A program made the position numbers and the translations under genes. From Methanobacteriota archaeon (GTDB taxonomy: Archaea > Halobacteriota > Bog-38 > Methanoflorentales > Methanoflorentaceae): DNA of 64,000 bases. The notes under the pieces are model-generated. The model made no database searches, was not told where the DNA came from, and saw only the letters and a list, made by a program, of their open reading frames with translations. Shown here piece after piece: positions 57,670 to 64,000 of this stretch. The stretch's first letter is position 1, and each line of letters starts with the position of its first letter. The stretch spans positions 1,663,277-1,727,276 of the forward strand of contig OY970393.1 in assembly GCA_963720465.1 (NCBI GenBank), read 5' to 3'.

Positions 57670-59010
57670 TTAACTCGCCCCATCTCTTGATTGCCTTCGG
57701 CGCTTCGCAGTGCGCTGCGCCATGCGTGTTTTAAAGGCCGTACCAATAACGAGCGCTGTAGCGGTTGCCAGGCCAATGTACCCGAGTTCGTACGTGCTGG
57801 CGGTCGCCACGGTGACCGTGAGCAAGATGGCGGCAAAAGGCGCACCCAGCACGAGGGTGACAGCCGCTGCTATCACACTTGTGATAAGCAAGCCGGTAGG
57901 CACGCTCGGAAAGAGCAGGCTGATGGCGAGGGCTATCATCGTGGAGGCGAACAACGTCGGGAATATAGGCCCCCCGAGGTACCCGCTCTTGAACGAGAGT
58001 CCCAGGAGGAGGACCTTAAGGATCGCCAAGCCCAGCAACATCAGTACTCCGTATGCTACCGGGTTAGCGAGGATCGGGTGAATCTCCGCTTCGCCGGAGA
58101 ACAGCACCTCCGGAACGAAGTAGCCGACGATGGCAATGATCACCCCCGCTGCCATAACCCGTTCGATGAACCGGTCTTTGAACACACGATCCATTATCCT
58201 GCCGAAGCCCTGAAACGAAATGCCGATAAAGATAGCAAGCAGAGTGCCTATGATGCCGAGGATGACCGCATCTACCGCGTACGGAATCGTAAGCACATTC
58301 ACCTGGGTGGCAGCTATGCTTGAGGCAAATCCTGGGTACCCGACAAGCACAAAGAAGATGTAGCCAATCACCCCAGCGACCAGGTTCCACGCGATCAGCT
58401 GCAGGCCTCCCTTCTCACCTCCCTGCAATTCGCTGGAGAACAACGCAGCGAAGAGAGGATTACCGATAATTCCGTTGAGGGCCGAGGCAAGGCCGGCTCC
58501 AGCAAACCCTAGTAGTGTTTCCCCTGTCAACTTGAGCTTAGTGCCGATCCACGCGGCGATGTCTACCACGAGAAAGATGAGAGGGCCTTCAGGACCGACG
58601 CTCGCCCCGGACAGCATCGAGAAAAAGGACGTGAGCAACGCGCCAGGAAACGTTGAGAAGTCGGGATTGAAGTTCGGGTCTGTCAGGACATCTTCCATGG
58701 TGCCGTGGATCACGTTCGGGGCGCGCATGTACTTCCCCACGAGCCCGACAAGCAGCGAGAAGAATAGCACGAGGACGGGGATCATCCAGCGGTTGGCTAC
58801 GACGAAGTTGTTCTGCCAGAAGGCTGTGTTGAGAAGACCTAACGCTTCTAGCCACACCAGCGCGAAGAGGGCCGAAATCAAAGCTACAAAAATGATCTGC
58901 CGAATCTTGGGGGTCCGCTCGTCCGCTGAAACTCGTACCACCGGTGCGGGCTTATATCCCACAGAGTTAGCAGTTTCTTTCGTATCAGCCAAAGCCAAAT
59001 CCTCCGACAA
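57670..59010 (-). CDS. ClC-family chloride channel / H+-Cl- exchanger (intact copy)
   Basis: GASVGPEGP, GAGLASA..G.P and GYLGGPIFPTLF motifs of the ClC family. 446 aa. Confidence 0.9.
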   Translation of the reverse strand: MSEDLALADTKETANSVGYKPAPVVRVSADERTPKIRQIIFVALISALFALVWLEALGLLNTAFWQNNFVVANRWMIPVLVLFFSLLVGLVGKYMRAPNVIHGTMEDVLTDPNFNPDFSTFPGALLTSFFSMLSGASVGPEGPLIFLVVDIAAWIGTKLKLTGETLLGFAGAGLASALNGIIGNPLFAALFSSELQGGEKGGLQLIAWNLVAGVIGYIFFVLVGYPGFASSIAATQVNVLTIPYAVDAVILGIIGTLLAIFIGISFQGFGRIMDRVFKDRFIERVMAAGVIIAIVGYFVPEVLFSGEAEIHPILANPVAYGVLMLLGLAILKVLLLGLSFKSGYLGGPIFPTLFASTMIALAISLLFPSVPTGLLITSVIAAAVTLVLGAPFAAILLTVTVATASTYELGYIGLATATALVIGTAFKTRMAQRTAKRRRQSRDGAS

Positions 59011-59687
59011 AGGTCTGAGTGCAAATCGTACGATGCTCAGTAAAGCGGCCGAGCGTTTTTAGCTGACCGCACAAAGATCCCGTTTTTATCCTTGAGACTC
59101 GATTGCGAGAAAGAAGGGAGCTTGTGGATTTTAAATCTTTCCACTCTGTTCTAGGCCGTTCGGGCCGCTATCTGGTAAAAAAGGGAACGACCCATCAACG
59201 CATATTCAGCTTGAAAAAGTCAAAATATCCATATTAACATCTATCAGACTTGAATCTGGACAATTACGTGCAGTATCTACCTATTAATCCTGTGAGCCCA
59301 TTTTAGTTTTCCAGCTTTTTTTGACCCGTTGGGCCTGCGCCCACTTAACCTGGCGCATAACCTCTTGCATAAACGCATCCATCCGTCCATACGCGAGTCG
59401 GCATCCTGATGAGGTGCGACGCGAGAGGAGGGCGATTGCTTGACCAATGCATCCTCTTTAGTTCGCTTGTCACAGCAGATGCGGCATAACGCGAAGATAA
59501 ACCCGCATGCGGTTAGCCTTACAAAGACCCGACAAAGCCTAGCGCTGCAACAGGGACAGCATAAGCAATGAGCACAGCGGGTTCTGGTTTACCCGCCTTT
59601 CCACGCCCGAACCTTCTCAGCTCTGCCAAACAGGCCTGATCGATCATTTCGGTTCCTATATATAGTCAAAAGACTATTTTTTTAGCT

Positions 59688-60182
59688 ATGCGGACAAGGA
59701 CTATCGCGGCCATAATAGTCGTCGTCGTCATCGTTATCGCTGTCGCGGGGGCCGCTTTTGTATTGACGCTTCAGGCCCCTCAAGTGCAGGGGGTGTCGGT
59801 ACGCTCGATCGATAACGTGTCACGCTCGGGCTTTACCCTAACGTTTGTGATAAACCTGTATAACCCGAATGTCGTGGGCGTCAGCATCAAATCCCTTACG
59901 TACAACCTCGTATTGACCTCCAGCAACCAGGTCTTGAGCACCGGCTCGGCGACGGGAATCCAAGTCCCAGCGCGCGGGAGCGTCGAGATCCCCATACAGT
60001 CTACCATTTACTTCGGTGCTGCACTCAGCACTGTGGTGCAAGCTCTCTTGGCAAAAAGCTTGATGATGAATGTGAACGGGGTCGTCACCGTGCATCCCCT
60101 CGGAATAGACGTTGGCGTGCCCTTCAGCCAGACGTTCGATGCATACCCGTACATAAGCAGCCAAGTCAGCAAGATCATTTGA
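59688..60182 (+). CDS. LEA_2 / NDR1-HIN1-like (water-stress) domain protein with an N-terminal TM anchor
   Basis: TM anchor followed by ..FTLTFVINLYNPNVVGVSIKSLTYNLVL.....ATGIQVPARGSVEIPI.., typical of LEA14-like beta-sandwiches. Confidence 0.6.
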   Translation: MRTRTIAAIIVVVVIVIAVAGAAFVLTLQAPQVQGVSVRSIDNVSRSGFTLTFVINLYNPNVVGVSIKSLTYNLVLTSSNQVLSTGSATGIQVPARGSVEIPIQSTIYFGAALSTVVQALLAKSLMMNVNGVVTVHPLGIDVGVPFSQTFDAYPYISSQVSKII

Positions 60183-60249
60183 ATCGGCAGCAGGCACTCT
60201 TTCCGGCGGCCGGGTCTCGCAGAGTATCCGATCGAGTGAGAAGCTCTGA

Positions 60250-61707
60250 ATGGCAGCACGTTCAAACGACTTAGCAGGCAGCACCGCGCTTGTCCTACTG
60301 ATCTTGAGCCTCACCGGCCTTATGGTTTCATTCAGCGAGTCCATGCTTATCCCGGCGCTGCCCACACTGCAGGCCGAGTTTCACACCACTGAAGCGGTGG
60401 TCGCCTGGGTTCCTGCTATCTACCTACTCTTAGGAAGCCTGACGACGCCGACATTTGGCAAGCTGGGGGACACGTACGGGAAAAAGAAGCTCTTGCTTGT
60501 GGCACTAACGCTCTGCACGATTGCCGTTATCGGGAACGGGTTCGCATGGAGCATAGATAGTTTGCTCGCATTTCGCGCCATTCAGGGCGTGGGGTTGGCA
60601 ATGTTCCCCCTCGCATTCGCGCTCATTCGGGATGAGTTTCCACCCGAGAAGGTATCCACTGCAACTGGAATCATCAGCGCGATGTTTGCCGTCGGCGCGA
60701 CGATTGGCTTCATCGGCGGCGGATATATAACACAGACCTACAGCTGGCAGACAAACTATCACCTCTTGGCTCCAGTCGCCGCTATCGTAACGCTCCTCGT
60801 ACTCTGGAAGATCTGTGAATCCCCAGTGCGGACTCCGTCGCGCCTTGATATCTGGGGCATCATGCTTCTCGGCATCGCGATTATCGGGTTCCTGGTGCCC
60901 CTGACCGAAGGTAGCGTCTGGGGGTGGACGTCACTCTACACGCTCGGCCTGTTTGCTATCGCTATTCTCGCCGTGATTGTGCTCGTGTATGCAGAGCTGC
61001 GGGTCCGCGATCCCCTCATCGACCTTAAGCTCAAAGGTGTCAGTCACGTCCTCGAGACCAACCTCATGATGTTCATCGCAGGCTTCGCGATGTTTATGGT
61101 ATACCTCGCTATGGTGTACCTCACGCGGACCCCCCCTCCGGTCGGCTTTGGTCTTGACACGTTCCAATCGGCGTTGGTCTTTGTTCCCGCAGGGCTTGTT
61201 ATCCTCATTGCTGGTCCGCTGTTCGGAAGGATAGTGAGCCGTCGAGGCGCCAAGAATGCGCTGCTGCTCGCGTCCTTGATCGTAGTGGCGAGTTTCATAT
61301 TCTTTATTCTGTTCAATGCGACGCTTGCTCAGATCGTGATAGGGACGGTGATCTTGTTCGCTGGTATTGGGGGTGTCTTTGTTGCCGCCATCAACGTTCT
61401 CATCATGTATGTTCCACCGAGCAAAACCGGCGCAGAAACGGCGCTTAATACGGTGTTCCGGTTTATCGGAGGCGCCGTCGGCACCGCCGTTGCAGGAGCG
61501 CTGCTTACTCTATATGAGGCCCCGATTACAGTTGCCCTTCCGGAGGGGCCGACCGTGATCCTCGCACCAACGAATCAGGCATTTGCGTACATCGCTGTCG
61601 TTGCACTAATTTTGAGTGTCGTTGGCGTCGTGACGGCGTACGCGTTAAAAAGGGCCCCGGATATCGAGCTAGCAGACGATAAAGAGCTGCAAGTTCCTGC
61701 AAGCTAG
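60250..61707 (+). CDS. MFS transporter, DHA2 (14-TMS) family
   Basis: Motif A FGKLGDTYGKKKLLLVAL, and a length and TM pattern like the 42796-44331 gene. Confidence 0.9.
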   Translation: MAARSNDLAGSTALVLLILSLTGLMVSFSESMLIPALPTLQAEFHTTEAVVAWVPAIYLLLGSLTTPTFGKLGDTYGKKKLLLVALTLCTIAVIGNGFAWSIDSLLAFRAIQGVGLAMFPLAFALIRDEFPPEKVSTATGIISAMFAVGATIGFIGGGYITQTYSWQTNYHLLAPVAAIVTLLVLWKICESPVRTPSRLDIWGIMLLGIAIIGFLVPLTEGSVWGWTSLYTLGLFAIAILAVIVLVYAELRVRDPLIDLKLKGVSHVLETNLMMFIAGFAMFMVYLAMVYLTRTPPPVGFGLDTFQSALVFVPAGLVILIAGPLFGRIVSRRGAKNALLLASLIVVASFIFFILFNATLAQIVIGTVILFAGIGGVFVAAINVLIMYVPPSKTGAETALNTVFRFIGGAVGTAVAGALLTLYEAPITVALPEGPTVILAPTNQAFAYIAVVALILSVVGVVTAYALKRAPDIELADDKELQVPAS

Positions 61708-61948
61708 AAAAAAAGCGCAAGCTGAGCGTAAGGCCCCTTTTGCAGAACGTTACCGTCCAGCTCAAAAGGAGCAGGCTGATTGCTGCTCGATTGCCTCACG
61801 AGTGCCGAGACTATTTACAATAACGGTCAGTTTCGCGCTGCGTTCTACGCGTGCCAGTGGAGCGGAACTCATTTACGCGAGTGCGAAAAATAGTAATTAG
61901 GAGAAAGACAAGACCCGCGGGCAACCCGCTGCGCGTCGTGGACACCGT

Positions 61949-63223
61949 ATGGAATCGACGAACTCACCACCAGCATTTCACATTCTCGCGAAACCGGCTG
62001 GCGCCACCTGCAACCTGAACTGTGCGTACTGCTTTTTCTTAGCAAAAGAGCAGCTCTATCCGCACAGCCGCTTCCGGATGACTGACGAGGTACTGGAATC
62101 ATATCTACGTCAGTACCTCTCTGCGCAGCGAATTCCGCACGCGACGATCGCGTGGCAAGGCGGCGAACCGACCCTTATGGGGCTCGATTTCTACCGTCGT
62201 TCGATCGAATGCGAGCAAAAATACGCACGTTCTGGCATAACGATTGAACGCACCCTTCAAACGAACGGGACTCTTCTGGATGAGGAATGGTGCGCCTTTC
62301 TCCGCGAGAATAAGTACCTCGTCGGTCTAAGCCTTGACGGACCGCGGGAATTGCACGACGCCTATCGAGTCGATAAGGCGGGACACCCGACGTTTGACCG
62401 CGTGCTGCACGCTGCACGTCTATTGCAAGAACACAACGTTGAGTTTAACATTTTGTGCGCGGTCAGTGCTGCTAATGTTACGCATCCGGCCGAGGTGTAC
62501 CGTTTCTTCCGTGACGAAGTGGGGGCACAGTTCATTCAATTCATACCCATTGTCGAGCGGAATAACGAAACAGGCTTGCAGGAAGAGAACACGGTAACGG
62601 ATCGCTCCGTGACGGAGGAACAATGGGGCCGTTTTCTGATCACCATATTTGACGAATGGGTCACCCGAGACGTCGGTCGCGTGTTCGTGCAGCATTTCGA
62701 CGCAGCATTAGCGGCGTGGGCGGGGGCGCCGCCTGCAGTATGCATCTTCTCACCGACCTGCGGCACTTCGCTCGCGCTCGAACATAACGGCGACCTCTAT
62801 TCGTGCGACCACTTCGTTGGCCCAAAGTACCTGCTGGGCAACATCTTGGACACGCCGCTTATCGAACTGGTGTCCTCAGACGCGCAGCGGCAATTCGGAC
62901 TGAACAAGCGCGACACGCTCCCCCGGTACTGCCAGGAATGTCCCGTCTGCTTTGCGTGCCACGGAGAATGTCCCAAGAACCGTTTTATAAAGGCACCGAC
63001 GGGTGAATCCGGGCTGAACTATCTCTGCGCGGGCTATCGGGCCTTCTTTGCGCACATTGATCAACCTATGCGACAGATGACGGAGCTCCTGCGCGAGGGG
63101 CGTGCGCCGGCCGACGTGATGTCGAAGCACCGCCGGCCGACTACGCCGGCAAAGGCAGGCCGCAACGATCCATGCCCCTGTGGCAGTGGAGTGAAGTACA
63201 AGAAATGTCACGGAGCACAATAG
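61949..63223 (+). CDS. anaerobic sulfatase-maturating enzyme (radical SAM/SPASM) with a C-terminal SEC-C motif
   Basis: CX3CX2C cluster GATCNLNCAYCF, WQGGEPTL, Cys-rich SPASM region (CIFSPTCG..YSCDHF..CQECPVCFACHGECPKNR), then a tail RNDPCPCGSGVKYKKCHG. Confidence 0.9.
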   Translation: MESTNSPPAFHILAKPAGATCNLNCAYCFFLAKEQLYPHSRFRMTDEVLESYLRQYLSAQRIPHATIAWQGGEPTLMGLDFYRRSIECEQKYARSGITIERTLQTNGTLLDEEWCAFLRENKYLVGLSLDGPRELHDAYRVDKAGHPTFDRVLHAARLLQEHNVEFNILCAVSAANVTHPAEVYRFFRDEVGAQFIQFIPIVERNNETGLQEENTVTDRSVTEEQWGRFLITIFDEWVTRDVGRVFVQHFDAALAAWAGAPPAVCIFSPTCGTSLALEHNGDLYSCDHFVGPKYLLGNILDTPLIELVSSDAQRQFGLNKRDTLPRYCQECPVCFACHGECPKNRFIKAPTGESGLNYLCAGYRAFFAHIDQPMRQMTELLREGRAPADVMSKHRRPTTPAKAGRNDPCPCGSGVKYKKCHGAQ

Positions 63224-63433
63224 CTGGTGTAAAAAAACCAAGCAAAATGTGGTTTTGAAGCAGATCACTCCCCACATCAATGTGCATCCGAATTCGGTAG
63301 CAAAAATTCCCCTCTGCGAGTTAATCTTATTTCTTTCTGTTTTGTGGGGAGTCGACCCGATGACTACAAAATTTAGTCCATCTCCGGAGAGCGTCGGCGC
63401 CGGGCGCTGTACCGTCAAATGGGAAGCCAGCAG

Positions 63434-64000
63434 CTAATCCTTAGTAATCCATCCCATGACCTCTTTCTCGTAATCGATGAACGGCTCACCGGCAACGTCC
63501 ACCCCCACTCTGTCAATGGTCCCTCCCGTGAAGGCGAACGGTGGTACGTAGTCCGGCGAGACCGGAGACGCACTGTCGCGACCGACGCACAGCCCCTCGC
63601 CCACGAGGCTAAGGTATCCGGGCTGCGTCTTGATCTCGGACTGTCCCACCTGCTCGGTGTCAATATAGAGGGTCAGCGTGCCGAGGACGCTCTTGGTCTG
63701 TTGGTCTAGGCCTGTCTTGCTGAATTCCGCACCGAAGGCGTGCCGACCAGTGCTGATCTCTATGTTTGAGGTGACTTTTTGAATGTCTTCCCCCAGCCAG
63801 TTGTAGACGTAGTGGAGCCTCTTGTCCTTGATGAACAGCGTGTGGCCACCCATGAGGTGACCTTGCGCGAAGAGCATGCCTGCCCCCTCAATGGTTTCAA
63901 CAACGACGCCTGCAGCTATCGTGTACGAACGTCCACGGATAGTGACTGCGACGCTCTCCGAGACCTCTGCGGTGTTGGGATAGTAAATATAACGGTTTCG
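63434..64000 (-). CDS. second arylsulfatase, C-terminal part only (5' end beyond the window)
   Basis: The frame is open to nt 64000 (RNRYIYYPNTAEVSESVAVTIRGRSYTIAAGVVVE..). It aligns with the C-terminal beta domain of the 29127 sulfatase (..RFSFAGDVQNVQRGMIPRIFGRSYAIEAELNVPE..). Confidence 0.8.
   Translation of the reverse strand, partial: RNRYIYYPNTAEVSESVAVTIRGRSYTIAAGVVVETIEGAGMLFAQGHLMGGHTLFIKDKRLHYVYNWLGEDIQKVTSNIEISTGRHAFGAEFSKTGLDQQTKSVLGTLTLYIDTEQVGQSEIKTQPGYLSLVGEGLCVGRDSASPVSPDYVPPFAFTGGTIDRVGVDVAGEPFIDYEKEVMGWITKD

Noticed and set aside
63268-63351. 9-bp inverted repeat (ctccccaca / tgtggggag) with a 66-nt loop between the anSME and the second sulfatase.
   Set aside because: The stem is short, the loop is large, and no second copy or conserved context exists. 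It is likely fortuitous, or at most part of a bidirectional terminator region.
1-64000. Search for a CRISPR array, transposase/IS, integrase, rRNA or intact tRNA.
   Set aside because: No regularly spaced direct repeats, no DDE/HUH/tyrosine-recombinase motifs in any frame I read, and no complete cloverleaf. Absence is based on visual inspection only.

Overview
Probably an archaeal chromosomal accessory region. Evidence for that is an ATP-dependent Lig1-type DNA ligase, oligo-T tracts after stop codons rather than hairpin terminators, strong GGAGGTGA ribosome-binding sites and a tRNA remnant. GC looks roughly 50-55% by eye, with visibly AT-richer islands. About 45 genes appear intact, and most encode membrane transport, ion homeostasis or stress proteins. 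They include glutamate decarboxylase, a ClC channel, a CPA1 Na+/H+ antiporter, an aquaporin, a CDF transporter, an APC permease, two DHA2-type MFS pumps, a Kv-like and a TMEM175-like K+ channel, AI-2E transporters, HdeD/DUF308, DUF1269, DUF1232, SHOCT, Hsp20, LEA_2, cardiolipin synthase and hemerythrin. There is also a Cys-type sulfatase set with an anaerobic sulfatase-maturating radical-SAM enzyme. I found no rRNA, intact tRNA, CRISPR array, transposase or integrase. The most striking property is gene decay: about 20 frameshifted, nonsense-interrupted or truncated gene remnants, and nearly every one has an intact paralogue elsewhere in the same 64 kb. These include three separate 3' fragments of the ClC gene. 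Other notable points are a DUF1269-sulfatase fusion, an anSME with a SEC-C tail, and a patchwork of four unrelated gene fragments at 9.65-10.2 kb that includes RyR-domain and DUF4062 (TIR-like) pieces. A TetR locus carries a 27-nt inverted-repeat operator pair, a tRNA-Val 3' half lies next to a recurring small ORF family, and there are several duplicated micro-ORFs. I did not recognise a complete novel multi-gene system. All family names come from motif recognition by eye and need HMM or BLAST confirmation.
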